64,000 nt of DNA from Minisyncoccota bacterium (lineage in GTDB: Bacteria > Patescibacteriota > Minisyncoccia > UBA6257 > JAGOQP01). The first letter of the stretch is position 1. Every line of letters begins with the position of its first letter. Below are positions 48,449 to 58,629 of the stretch, in pieces. Below the pieces are notes generated by a model. It saw nothing but the letters and a program-made list of their open reading frames with translations. It was not told the DNA's origin and did not search any database. The stretch is taken from contig JBAZTS010000001.1 of assembly GCA_041661795.1 (NCBI GenBank), positions 124,161-188,160 of the forward strand, given 5' to 3'. The position numbers were made by a program, and so were the translations under genes.

Positions 48449-49720
48449 TTATATACTAATATATCCTTTAGTGATATTTTCTTTAGTCATTTCTTCCATT
48501 TTCCCCTCACCAAAATAGGAAGAAAATATTTTATTCCATAGTGACTCCTGATGATGATAAAGATACTTAATCATTTCAACCTTTTTAACTAAAGCCATTG
48601 AGGTATCTATAAGATTAAAGCTGACTAGAACTTCTATCCCGGTATCAGTAGAAAAATAATCGCCTATCCAATTCAGCCCCGCCCAGAAAGCAAAATCTCC
48701 ATCCAAGCCATGTTTTTTTGCCAACTCAACAATATTCTTTTCTGCTTTCTCCCAATGCAAGGCCTCCGGGTTAACGTGAGGATAAAAAAGACGCCAGTCG
48801 TTTTCGTCGTCTTTGGCTAAATATCTTTGAGTAACCATCCAATCTCCTTCCTTTATCAGTTCCTTAGAATCAATTACGTCGCCTCTTAAAAGAGAGGAAA
48901 AATCTTCAAAAAAGTTATGATTTATTATCTTTTTTCCGCCCGAGGCGGATCCGCCTATGGCGGAGAATACATCCGAATAAAAAGATATTTCATTAACATA
49001 ATGGAATAAGAGAGCCACGGTTCTTATGAGTTCTCCGGGGATATCCAAGGATATAGGAATGACAAATATTATTCCTAATTCTTTTAAGTGGCTAATGTTG
49101 TGATATTTTTTTTCAACAAATTTCTGAGCCAACTCTTTCCATCTGTCGCTGATAGAAATGATTTCTATTGGCCTTATCTCAAAATCAGCGCTGGACAAAT
49201 CTTGATAATGCCTGATAAAAAACATATTTATCCATTCAGCTCCTTCTACAAATCTAAGGGCGCTGGCTACTTCCCTCCAGTCCTCTTTTTTGAGCATCTC
49301 TGAAACGCTTTGATAACCAAGTGCGGAAAGAATCTTTTTAGGCGGTTCTTTTTCCAATATTTCTATAAACTTGTCTTTTTTTATAAAAAATCCTTCTTTT
49401 TTACCAACCACCAGATTAACCGCCTCAATTATTTTTTGGCATCCACCAACTTCAAAATGACATGGATTTCCTAAAACCGAATTGAGAATTTTATCGTCCT
49501 TGTTTATTTTTCCTATAAGAGCGTCAAATATTTGTTTGGCGCTGGAATCTTTTTTGAGACCAAGAAAGCTTAGTTTTTCCAGCATTATTGCCTCATTGTC
49601 AGAGCAAATTTCATCAAGCATTCTGGCTTTATTGGTAATTTTGCCAAGCTTATCCTGAACGTTTTTTATAACATCTTTATCGGTTCTTAAAATTCTTGCA
49701 ATTTTTTCGTAGGATTCCAT
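48449..49720 (-). CDS. Hypothetical protein
   Basis: 423-aa ORF tightly packed in the operon; motifs HNISHLKELG, PHVNPEALHW. Confidence 0.8.
   Translation of the reverse strand: MESYEKIARILRTDKDVIKNVQDKLGKITNKARMLDEICSDNEAIMLEKLSFLGLKKDSSAKQIFDALIGKINKDDKILNSVLGNPCHFEVGGCQKIIEAVNLVVGKKEGFFIKKDKFIEILEKEPPKKILSALGYQSVSEMLKKEDWREVASALRFVEGAEWINMFFIRHYQDLSSADFEIRPIEIISISDRWKELAQKFVEKKYHNISHLKELGIIFVIPISLDIPGELIRTVALLFHYVNEISFYSDVFSAIGGSASGGKKIINHNFFEDFSSLLRGDVIDSKELIKEGDWMVTQRYLAKDDENDWRLFYPHVNPEALHWEKAEKNIVELAKKHGLDGDFAFWAGLNWIGDYFSTDTGIEVLVSFNLIDTSMALVKKVEMIKYLYHHQESLWNKIFSSYFGEGKMEEMTKENITKGYISI
48935..48964. repeat. 30-nt double-hairpin repeat, in frame
   Basis: TCCGCC-CGA-GGCGGA TCCGCC-TAT-GGCGGA; encodes SAIGGSASGG. 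Confidence 0.9.
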
Positions 49721-49729
49721 AAATTTATT

Positions 49730-51055
49730 TTAATATAAAGCGTATTTGTTATTTAAATATTTTTCTACGCTTTGACGTTCTCCTGTGGTTAATGTGTGAT
49801 CATAAAGAATAATTTCAGCAATTTGTACGTTAGAAAAACCTTCCACATTACTAGCTCCTTGCGAAGCTCCGATTAAATATTCGTCGTCGTCAGTATTTGA
49901 AGTACCAGCACAACCATCAGCAGCGTTGTAACTATAAGCCGCTCCGTTGACATAGAGACCGCCAGAACAGTTAGTTCCTCCAGTGGAATCTTGTTGATCA
50001 ATTAATTTAAAAGAAGTTTGATCAAATCCTTCTCCGAATTTAATCCAAGCACCTCCCATCGATCTCCAGAAACTCAACGGAGCAGTTCTAAATCCGAAAT
50101 ATTTAAATTGTCCGTCTGCTCCGGTTGAAGAACCTAAATAAACAACAGCCACAGGATCTCCATACCAACTCAAACTTTTAGCTACTATAAATAAAGTTTG
50201 ACCTCTAGTACCAGAAATTCCTGTTGGTCCTCCAATTAGATAATTATCAATTCCATCAAATTGAACTACCGAATTTCCATTAACTTGATTGGTTTTTAAG
50301 ATCGGCTTATAACTTACATTACTTTGTACGGCATTATTATTATTTCCAGACATATCGTTCCAAGTTGAAATTGGATCATTATCAGAAATCCCCAAGGAAT
50401 CCGCCTTTAACCATAATCTGGGACCATTAGATACTAAGGAGAGGTCAGTTCCTTTTTCAAATCTAATTGGATCTCCACCTCCGTCATTAGAAGCAGCAGA
50501 AATAAATTTATTTGATTCTATAAGAGCTGCTAGTTTCCAAGATCCTCCTGGAATATACGTATAATAAAGTCCATCTGAAGCAGAGTTAGTGGGATCAATA
50601 GGAAGAGATGAAAGTTGAATAACGGATTGAGTAGTAAAATTGACAGGAATCCAACCTGTTCCATCTGTCTTGATAAGGTTAGTTATAGTAACACAATTAT
50701 ATATGTATCCCGTAGGTAAAGAAGGAAGACCAAGATTGTCGCATGTTGCTGAAGAATCAGGGATGGAGACATAGACGGTAAGAGATGTTCCAAAGGAAAG
50801 GGTGGGGTCTATGACTTCTAGGTTCTGGAGGGAGTTATTGAGTAAAGAGAGGTCTTGCATTCTACGAGAGTCCCTAGTTTGAGCAAGATAATCAGCAGGG
50901 TTGAGGACGATAATGACTGCGGTTGTGAGTACGGCAAGAATACCTATAACAACGAGGAGTTCTACAAGGGTGAAGGAACGGGAATTGTATACCGTAGACC
51001 GTATACAGGGATAAGAAAAATACTTCTTTAGTTTGGATTTAATAGATTTATTCAT
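49730..51055 (-). CDS. Pilin fused to LamG/ConA-like domain (paralog B, mosaic)
   Basis: S/FTLVELLVVIG, LWLKAD, AEIILYDHTL. Confidence 0.85.
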   Translation of the reverse strand: MNKSIKSKLKKYFSYPCIRSTVYNSRSFTLVELLVVIGILAVLTTAVIIVLNPADYLAQTRDSRRMQDLSLLNNSLQNLEVIDPTLSFGTSLTVYVSIPDSSATCDNLGLPSLPTGYIYNCVTITNLIKTDGTGWIPVNFTTQSVIQLSSLPIDPTNSASDGLYYTYIPGGSWKLAALIESNKFISAASNDGGGDPIRFEKGTDLSLVSNGPRLWLKADSLGISDNDPISTWNDMSGNNNNAVQSNVSYKPILKTNQVNGNSVVQFDGIDNYLIGGPTGISGTRGQTLFIVAKSLSWYGDPVAVVYLGSSTGADGQFKYFGFRTAPLSFWRSMGGAWIKFGEGFDQTSFKLIDQQDSTGGTNCSGGLYVNGAAYSYNAADGCAGTSNTDDDEYLIGASQGASNVEGFSNVQIAEIILYDHTLTTGERQSVEKYLNNKYALY

Positions 51056-51088
51056 TTTTACGGTATACGATATACTGTATTTAGTATA

Positions 51089-52090
51089 CTATTTTCTCAA
51101 TATTCTTGCCGCTTCTTCTGGAAAAACAGAGTTTATTTCAACTCCTGTTCCTAATTCAAATCCAGCAGAAATATTGGACTTGGGAACAATCTCAATGTGC
51201 CAATGGTAGCGAGAGTGTTTATTTTTTTCAAAAACCGGGGCGGTATGAATAAAGAAATTATAATCAGGGTCATTAATATTTTTTCTGATTAAATTCAGAA
51301 TTTTTTGTAAAATTTGTGTGAGAAATGACAAGTTTTTTAAAGAAGCGTCTTCAAAATAAGCCGAGTGTTTTAAAGGAAAGAGATTAATCTGATACGGTTC
51401 TTTGGAAGCAAACGGAGTAAAAGCAATAAATTCTTTATTTTTAAAAACTATTCTTTTTTTATCTTTAATTTCGGTTTTAATAATTTCACAATGAATGCAA
51501 CGATGATATTTTCTATTATATTCAGATGAAGAATCTAAAGATCTTTTGATGGTATGAGAAACTACCGGTAAGGCCAAAATCTGATAGTGAGGATGAAAGA
51601 TTGAAGCTCCGGCTTGTGCTCCCCAATTATGAAATAAAGAAATATATTTAACTCTTTTATCTATAGCTAATTGTCTGTATCTTTTTTGCAAAGCCAAAAG
51701 AACATTTAAGGCCTGCTTGTCACCCAAATCAGGAAACGACTTAAAATGATTTCTGGTAATAAGCAGATCATGATGTCCAAACCCAGAAACTGTTTCATAT
51801 ATTCCCCTTTTTTTTATTTTAACGCTAACCTTAGGACCATCAAAAACGGCCGGATATTTATTTTCAAGAACTTGAAGTTCCCACTTTTCCAACGGCAGTT
51901 TTTCCGGAAACCAAAAATATGGATATCTATTACCATTTTTTTGAGGGTTCTCAAACGGACAAGAGTTTACAGGAGAAGGTTTCCTCTTAGGAGTTATTTT
52001 CTTTTTGAGTTCATTGGGTCTTTTGGAGCGCTTAGAATTAACCAAGACCCATTCTCCAGTTGTCACGTGATAGCGAAGTTCTGAATTCAT
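51089..52090 (-). CDS. galT: Galactose-1-phosphate uridylyltransferase (HIT-related) family protein
   Basis: RSKRP, CPF, NKYPA, GASIFHPHYQ, HWHIEI, AGFELG. Confidence 0.88.
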   Translation of the reverse strand: MNSELRYHVTTGEWVLVNSKRSKRPNELKKKITPKRKPSPVNSCPFENPQKNGNRYPYFWFPEKLPLEKWELQVLENKYPAVFDGPKVSVKIKKRGIYETVSGFGHHDLLITRNHFKSFPDLGDKQALNVLLALQKRYRQLAIDKRVKYISLFHNWGAQAGASIFHPHYQILALPVVSHTIKRSLDSSSEYNRKYHRCIHCEIIKTEIKDKKRIVFKNKEFIAFTPFASKEPYQINLFPLKHSAYFEDASLKNLSFLTQILQKILNLIRKNINDPDYNFFIHTAPVFEKNKHSRYHWHIEIVPKSNISAGFELGTGVEINSVFPEEAARILRK

Positions 52091-52092
52091 AA

Positions 52093-54051
52093 TTATTTTA
52101 ATCTGTTTTCATAATACCACTCAAACACTTTCTTGGCTACCGGAACAGCATTTAAACTACCCTCCTTGGCGTCTTCTATCAGCACTAAGACAGCTATTTG
52201 TTGAGGTATCGCAGATTCACCCTGATCAAGACGTGGATTGTCGCCGATATTCTCATCTGCGCTTATCTGCGTTGTTTCCTTTGGAAGCAAGTTGTAGCCA
52301 ACAAAAAATGCATTTACTTTGGCATTATTTTCTATCTGAGCACTTCCGGTTTTGGCGGCAATTTTTAAAGGAATACCATTCAATATATGAGAGGTTCCAT
52401 ATTCTTTTTCTACTCCATCCATCATTCCTTTTTCAACTTCGGAAAAATTATTAACATCAGAAAACTCCATCAAATCATAAGACGGATTTTTAGTAAAAAC
52501 AGATTCTTGTAAATTATTTTTAATTTCCTTTACTAAATAAGGATTGAAAAGTTTCCCCTTAGAATTAATGGCTGATATATATCTTAAAAGAGCTAACGGG
52601 CTAATCATTAAATCTCCCTGACCTATGGAAACGTTATAAGTATCTCCTATTCTCCAAATTTGACCCGTTCTTTCCTCTTTTTTCTCCGGATCTGGTAGGA
52701 CCCCAACCGATTCGCCGATAATATCTATACCTGTCTTTTTATCTAATAAAAACTTTTTCCAATAATCTATTAACCTATAAACCCCAAGACCCTTTAGATT
52801 TTCTCCGCCCAAGGCGGATCCGCCTTTGGAGGAAAATCCTCCACCAACTTCGTAGAAGTAAACATTGCTGGAACGAGCCAGGGCTGAATACAAATTAACC
52901 CAGCCATGTGCTTTCCAATCAACAAATCTTGAGGGTTTGTCTGGAAAATAAGGATTGGGAATTTCTATGTAACCGGCAGAAAAAATCGAATAAAAAGGAT
53001 CAACTACTTTTTCTTCTAAAGCCCCAAAAGCCACCAACGGCTTGATGGTAGACCCCGGGCTGTATATTCCAGAAATTATTCTATTAAATGTCGGCCTGAG
53101 AGAATCGGAAAAAAGAGAGGATGACAAGTTATTATTGTCAAAACTTGGCAAACTCACCATAGAAAGAATTTCACCGTTTGATGGATCCATAATAAGCCCA
53201 GCTCCTGATTTTCTGCCCAAAAAATTAAGTTGATTTTTAAGTTCCGTATAAAAGAACTTTTGTAAATCAGCATCTAAAGTAGTGGTCAAACTACTGCCCG
53301 AAACAGGATCGGAAAATTTTTTCTCTTCAATAGTATTTCCCAAAGCGTCTTTGAAAACCACCGTGCTTCCTTTTTTACCTCTAATATATTTATCGTAATA
53401 TGCCTCTAAACCACTTTTGCCTATTTCATCATTTAAATCAAAACTTTCGTCAGTGTCTATATCATTACGACTCACTAGTCCTACATAACCTAATACGTGT
53501 GAAAAAACCTCTCCGTCAATATATCTCCTGGAGAAATTGTTTTCTACCAGAAGAAAATCAAAATTGAGATTCTTTATAGCCAAGCTCTGTTCCAAAGATA
53601 TATTTTTTAAAAGAGTAAGATGCGATTGTCTCTCTAAATTAGCCGATAGAATTGAATCTTTTATGGTCTGTTTATCAAAAGGAACTATTATGTTTATTTT
53701 TTCTAAAAGATTATCCAATTCATCTCTTCTTTTTAGAAGTTGAGAAAGAGATAAGACCGCGTCAAAACTGGGATTATTGGCAACCAAAGATGTCCCATAT
53801 CTGTCATAGATAACTCCCCTTGGAGCTGTTAAAATAATTTCTTGTCCGGCATTGGCCAAAGCTCTAATTTTATAAAAATCATCACCAAATCCAATGTAAA
53901 TAAATCTAAAAGCAAACAACAGAATAACCGCAAAGATTACGAGCCCAACAATTTTGAACACAGAAAAAGAGACGGGTTTTTCCACGGCTTCTAAACCTTG
54001 GGAAAAATCGTCTAAAATCGCATCCTCTAAAAAAATCTCTTTTCTAGCCAT
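52093..54051 (-). CDS. mrdA: Penicillin-binding protein 2
   Basis: APRGVIYDR, STIK, SSN, KTG; downstream of mreBCD. Confidence 0.92.
   Translation of the reverse strand: MARKEIFLEDAILDDFSQGLEAVEKPVSFSVFKIVGLVIFAVILLFAFRFIYIGFGDDFYKIRALANAGQEIILTAPRGVIYDRYGTSLVANNPSFDAVLSLSQLLKRRDELDNLLEKINIIVPFDKQTIKDSILSANLERQSHLTLLKNISLEQSLAIKNLNFDFLLVENNFSRRYIDGEVFSHVLGYVGLVSRNDIDTDESFDLNDEIGKSGLEAYYDKYIRGKKGSTVVFKDALGNTIEEKKFSDPVSGSSLTTTLDADLQKFFYTELKNQLNFLGRKSGAGLIMDPSNGEILSMVSLPSFDNNNLSSSLFSDSLRPTFNRIISGIYSPGSTIKPLVAFGALEEKVVDPFYSIFSAGYIEIPNPYFPDKPSRFVDWKAHGWVNLYSALARSSNVYFYEVGGGFSSKGGSALGGENLKGLGVYRLIDYWKKFLLDKKTGIDIIGESVGVLPDPEKKEERTGQIWRIGDTYNVSIGQGDLMISPLALLRYISAINSKGKLFNPYLVKEIKNNLQESVFTKNPSYDLMEFSDVNNFSEVEKGMMDGVEKEYGTSHILNGIPLKIAAKTGSAQIENNAKVNAFFVGYNLLPKETTQISADENIGDNPRLDQGESAIPQQIAVLVLIEDAKEGSLNAVPVAKKVFEWYYENRLK
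52804..52833. repeat. 30-nt double-hairpin repeat, in frame in PBP2
   Basis: TCCGCC-CAA-GGCGGA TCCGCC-TTT-GGAGGA; encodes SSKGGSALGG. Confidence 0.85.
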
Positions 54052-54497
54052 AGTCCTAAGAAAAAGAACAAACAAGATAATAAGCCATTATAAACAAATT
54101 CCACAACAAAACCAAAGATATTAAGATGCTCAAATCCTCCAAAAATAAACCAAAAAATAACTTGAAAGATAAAAACAAACAAAATAAAAATCCATAAATC
54201 ACGTCTGAAAAACAAAAATTTAAGAGCAAAAAACGTCAATATCCCGGCAATAATAAGAAATACTATTTCACCAGAAAAGAAAGGAGAAAATTTGACTAGC
54301 CACGATCCCAGTAGAAGAAAGAGTAAAAAATCAAAAACATCGGTTATAAAAAAACCCAAAGACACAACCAAAATTAATCCCAAGTTGGCTTTTACATTTA
54401 GAAAAGAAAAATCAAGATAAAATATAAGAAGAAATAAAAACAAAAAAGCCAATCCTGATAATAAATTTTTTCTCTGAAAAATATGCTTATTGGCCAT
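54027..54497 (-). CDS. MreD-like membrane protein
   Basis: About five TM helices; located between mreC and PBP2. Confidence 0.7.
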   Translation of the reverse strand: MANKHIFQRKNLLSGLAFLFLFLLIFYLDFSFLNVKANLGLILVVSLGFFITDVFDFLLFLLLGSWLVKFSPFFSGEIVFLIIAGILTFFALKFLFFRRDLWIFILFVFIFQVIFWFIFGGFEHLNIFGFVVEFVYNGLLSCLFFFLGLWLEKRFF

Positions 54498-55173
54498 TTA
54501 AATTAATGGAATTTACAACCCAAATATTCCTAAGATTTGTAAGAGAATAAGGCAGATCAATAGTGGCCTCCAAAAAAGCCCCCGAAGAGCTTTCTCCAAC
54601 CGAACTAATCGTGCCGATAAATAATCCATAGGAGAAATCTTTAGAAGCCGAGAATATCTCTTCCCCAGGATTAATGCTTTTAGTTTTATCAACGAACGAT
54701 ATTTTAGGGCTTAATCCTCCTTCAAGTAAACCGTCAATTTCTTGGGATCCTATTCTTACTGGCAAAGAAAAAGATGGGTCAAACAAAGTTATTACTTCAC
54801 TAGTTTTTTGATTAACATTGGATATTTTCCCTACAATAACTTCGCCATCAAGAAGAACTGCCTCGTTTTTATTGACTCCTAAGTAGCTTCCACTATTAAT
54901 ATATAACCGACTCTTGGTATTAAAAGGATATAGAGAAAAAACTTTAGCTGGAATATAATTTTCTTCCAAATTATCTGCCTTTGCGGTAATTCTATTTATT
55001 TCATTCCTAAGACCCTGATTTTCTGATTTTAGAAGAGTATTCTCTTCAACCAAAGACCCGATTTTAAAAATCTTTGAAATACCACCCGAAAAACCCGCTG
55101 GTTTATTAAACGCCAAAGGAGAAATAATCAAGATGACCAACAAAATTATCAGAGTGCCAAAAAAATATTTCAT
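54487..55173 (-). CDS. mreC: Rod shape-determining protein MreC
   Basis: TM, short coiled coil (EN..LK.EN..LR), INSGS.LGV, GLFIGTI. Confidence 0.88.
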   Translation of the reverse strand: MKYFFGTLIILLVILIISPLAFNKPAGFSGGISKIFKIGSLVEENTLLKSENQGLRNEINRITAKADNLEENYIPAKVFSLYPFNTKSRLYINSGSYLGVNKNEAVLLDGEVIVGKISNVNQKTSEVITLFDPSFSLPVRIGSQEIDGLLEGGLSPKISFVDKTKSINPGEEIFSASKDFSYGLFIGTISSVGESSSGAFLEATIDLPYSLTNLRNIWVVNSINLNGQ

Positions 55174-56213
55174 TATTCTAAATTTATCGGCTTTATAGAG
55201 ACGGCAAAAAGATTTTGGTATCTGTCTATACTCTCAACCGCCATTCCAGTTCCTCTAACCACGCAAGTTAAAGGATCGCTGACTCTAATGGCTTTTACCG
55301 CTATTTCTTTTTCAATTAAATCTTCAAACCCTCTTAATAAACTTCCACCTCCGGAAATATAAATTCCTCTTCTTAGTATATCTCCTGACAATTCCGGGGG
55401 AGTTTTTTCAATAGTATCTTTGATAGCGTCAATAATTTGTTTCATTGACGGCAAAAGAGCTAATCTAACTTGTGATTCTTTAACAACCACCTCTTTGGGG
55501 AGTCCAGAAGACAAATCTCTTCCTCCAATCACCACCTCAGATTTTTCTCCATAAGGAAGCACGGAACCTATTTGTACTTTTATATTCTCGGCAGTTGGTT
55601 CTCCTATAGCCATCCTAAAATCATCTTTAACCATTCTGATTATGTCTTGAGTGAATTTATCTCCAGCTATTTTCAAACTCCTTGAGACAACCACCCCACC
55701 CATAGAAATGACCGCGATTTCGGTTGTTCCTCCTCCGGTATCAATAACCATATTGGCTGTTGGTTCGTCTATGGGAAGATTAGCGCCAAGAACAGCTGCT
55801 ATGGGTTCCTCTAAAAGGTAAACATTAGAAGCCCCAGACGAAACAACAGCGTCTTCAACTGATTTTCTTTCCACTTCGGTTAAGTTGGTGGGTATGGCTA
55901 CCACCGCTCTGATATAATTAAATAAAGAATCTTTTTTTATCCGTCTAAGATAATATTTAAGAATTTCTTGGGTCATAATAAAATCAGAAATAACCCCATT
56001 TACAAGCGGTTTAATGACGTCTATGTGAGTCGGCGTTCTACCAAGCATTTTTTGGGCTTCTTTTCCTATAGCCAAAACTTGGCCGGTTTTATTATTAACG
56101 GCAATTATTGTCGGTTCATTGAATATAATCCCCTCTCCTTTTAGATAGACAAGAGTATTGGCTGTCCCTAAATCTATCCCTATATCAGTTTTGAATCTAT
56201 CAAATAGTGACAT
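55173..56213 (-). CDS. mreB: Rod shape-determining protein MreB
   Basis: GIDLGTANT, DTGGGTTE, TPPEL, GGGSLL. Confidence 0.95.
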   Translation of the reverse strand: MSLFDRFKTDIGIDLGTANTLVYLKGEGIIFNEPTIIAVNNKTGQVLAIGKEAQKMLGRTPTHIDVIKPLVNGVISDFIMTQEILKYYLRRIKKDSLFNYIRAVVAIPTNLTEVERKSVEDAVVSSGASNVYLLEEPIAAVLGANLPIDEPTANMVIDTGGGTTEIAVISMGGVVVSRSLKIAGDKFTQDIIRMVKDDFRMAIGEPTAENIKVQIGSVLPYGEKSEVVIGGRDLSSGLPKEVVVKESQVRLALLPSMKQIIDAIKDTIEKTPPELSGDILRRGIYISGGGSLLRGFEDLIEKEIAVKAIRVSDPLTCVVRGTGMAVESIDRYQNLFAVSIKPINLE

Positions 56214-56216
56214 AAA

Positions 56217-57446
56217 TTATTTTGTCCTATTAAAATATCTTTTTAAATAAGAAAAATCAACTAACTTAACTAACTTGTTTTTTCTCTCCTTGAATTCAAT
56301 CTTATTGCCGGTTTTTTGACTGATTACTAAACGAACGGGAATCCCAATCAAATCACTTTGAGCAAATTTTTCTCCAGCGCTTTTTTCTTTTCTGTCGTCA
56401 AAAAGAACTTGAGCGCCAAGCTTTTCTAAATCATTATAAATCTTTTTGGCCTTGGGATTATTTCCCAAAACTATCAAGTGAAAATCAAACGGGGCTGTTT
56501 CTTTTGGCCAGATAAGACCCTTGTCGTCGTGAAAAACTTCGGCGATTACACCCATCAATCTGGAGATTCCCATTCCGTAGCATCCCATCAAAACAATTTT
56601 TTCTTTTCCATCTTTGTCTCTGTATTTTAAGGAGAATGGCTCTGAATATTTTGTGTTCAGCTTAAATATGTTTCCCGCTTCAACTCCGGAAAAAATCTCC
56701 AGAGAAGATTTGCATTTTGGACATAAGTCGCCTTTCTTTGATGTGTTTATTTCACTGTTTTGGGCAAAATGACATTTCTTGCAGTAAATAATCTTATCTT
56801 CCCCGGCTTCACAAAAAACCTGGAATTCATGGGAGTATTTTGAGAATGTTCCCCCTGAGGCCTCAACTAATTTAGCATCCAAAGAGAGTCGCTTAAATAT
56901 GGCTTTATAGGCCTTTATGACTTTTTGATAGTATTTATCAAGATCTTTTTCATCTGAATGAAACGAATAGAGGTCTTTCATTATAAATTCCCTACCCCGT
57001 AAAATACCCGATTTAGCCCTAGGCTCATCCCTGAATTTGGTTTGTATCTGATATAAACCAAAGGGCATATCCTTATACGAGAAAAGAGCTTTTTGGGAAA
57101 GAGGCACCACTATTTCTTCATGAGTGGGCCCAAGAGCATATTCTTTTTTGTCACGAGAAGTTATTTTGAATAAAACATCCAAGCCGTCCCATCTTCCCGT
57201 TTTTTCCCAGTTTTCTTTTGGAGTTAGAGCCGGCATCAGGATTTCCTGGCCTCCAATTTTATTCATTTCTTCTTTGACGACGTTTTCAATTTTTTTGAGT
57301 ACCCTAAGACCTAAAGGCAAATATGAATAAACTCCGGCCATCAATTTTTCAATAAACCCCGCCCTGATTAAAATCTTGGCGTTATATGATTCCTCATCTT
57401 TGGGAAATTCTTTTCTTATGAAATTAGGAAGTTGTGATTGCAACAT
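56217..57446 (-). CDS. proS: Proline--tRNA ligase (short, no editing insertion)
   Basis: LGPTHEE, FRDEPR, REFIMKD, MGCYGMGISR. Confidence 0.95.
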   Translation of the reverse strand: MLQSQLPNFIRKEFPKDEESYNAKILIRAGFIEKLMAGVYSYLPLGLRVLKKIENVVKEEMNKIGGQEILMPALTPKENWEKTGRWDGLDVLFKITSRDKKEYALGPTHEEIVVPLSQKALFSYKDMPFGLYQIQTKFRDEPRAKSGILRGREFIMKDLYSFHSDEKDLDKYYQKVIKAYKAIFKRLSLDAKLVEASGGTFSKYSHEFQVFCEAGEDKIIYCKKCHFAQNSEINTSKKGDLCPKCKSSLEIFSGVEAGNIFKLNTKYSEPFSLKYRDKDGKEKIVLMGCYGMGISRLMGVIAEVFHDDKGLIWPKETAPFDFHLIVLGNNPKAKKIYNDLEKLGAQVLFDDRKEKSAGEKFAQSDLIGIPVRLVISQKTGNKIEFKERKNKLVKLVDFSYLKRYFNRTK

Positions 57447-57451
57447 AATTT

Positions 57452-58621
57452 TTAAAAAAACTTTCTAATATCTTGAATACTTATAAATATAATCAATAAT
57501 ATCAAAAGAGCAAAACCGATTCCGTTAACAATTTGCTGGAAAGAGGCGCTTATCGGTTTGCCTTTTATTTTTTCAGCCGTCAACATTACTAATCTTCCTC
57601 CATCTAAAGCAGGAAAAGGAAATATGTTTATAGCTGCCAGATTAATGGATATTAGAGCCACCAAATTAAGCAAAGAAAGAATTCCCCAGGAAGCGGCCTG
57701 AGAGGTAACCTTAAATATTCCAATCGGTCCCGAGACCTGAGAGAACAAGTCCCCTCCGGAAAATATGCTGGCAATAAGCTTAAAGAGCATAACGTATATA
57801 AAAACAAACATTCCCGCGGCCGACTTTAACGACTCCCAGATAGCTTGAAAAAATGGCATTTTACCAATTCCGGCAACTCCCAGCTCAACTCCGGTAGCCC
57901 CTTGACCGGCAGGAACTTCTATTCTTGGGATAACTTTTATTTCTTTTTTATCTCCCCCTCTTTCAATAAAGAAAGTTATTTCTTTTCCTTTGTTTTGAGA
58001 AACAAAAGAAACAAAACTTTCCACATCGCTAAAATCCAATATTTTGTCTCCGGATATTACTCCCGATTTTTCCGCCGGAGAATTAGAAGCAACATTTAAA
58101 ACCAAAAGTGATTTTTCAACCCCAAAACTAAAAACGATAGCCAGCAAAATCCATCCAAAAATAAAGTTCATAATCACACCAGCCATCAAAACCAAAGTTT
58201 TTTTCCAAAATGGTTTTTGATGAAAAAATCTTCCTTGGAGAGATTCTTCTTTATTGGGGAAGAACTTTTCTTCTATAAATATGTCTTTTTCGTAGATCTC
58301 ACCTTGAGTGGTTATTTTTATTTCTCTTTCTTCTATTGAAATATCGGTTTCTGAACTGTTGTTTTTACTATCCGCTATACGCTCTGTGCTATCCGCTGTT
58401 TCGTTGTCTTCCCCAGCAATTTTAACAAACCCCCCCAAAGGAATGGCATTTATACTCCAAACGGTTTCTCCTTTTTTCCATGAAAATAATCTGGGAGGAA
58501 ATCCAAATCCAAATTCCTCAACATACATCCCAGATTTTTTGGCAACTAAATAATGTCCAAATTCATGAACCAAAACCAAAACCGCCAGGACCGCTATAAA
58601 AATTATAATATCAACTATCAT
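57452..58621 (-). CDS. rseP: RIP metalloprotease RseP
   Basis: HEFGH, PLGGFV, PDZ, NIFPFPALDGG. Confidence 0.94.
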   Translation of the reverse strand: MIVDIIIFIAVLAVLVLVHEFGHYLVAKKSGMYVEEFGFGFPPRLFSWKKGETVWSINAIPLGGFVKIAGEDNETADSTERIADSKNNSSETDISIEEREIKITTQGEIYEKDIFIEEKFFPNKEESLQGRFFHQKPFWKKTLVLMAGVIMNFIFGWILLAIVFSFGVEKSLLVLNVASNSPAEKSGVISGDKILDFSDVESFVSFVSQNKGKEITFFIERGGDKKEIKVIPRIEVPAGQGATGVELGVAGIGKMPFFQAIWESLKSAAGMFVFIYVMLFKLIASIFSGGDLFSQVSGPIGIFKVTSQAASWGILSLLNLVALISINLAAINIFPFPALDGGRLVMLTAEKIKGKPISASFQQIVNGIGFALLILLIIFISIQDIRKFF

Positions 58622-58629
58622 ATATAAGA

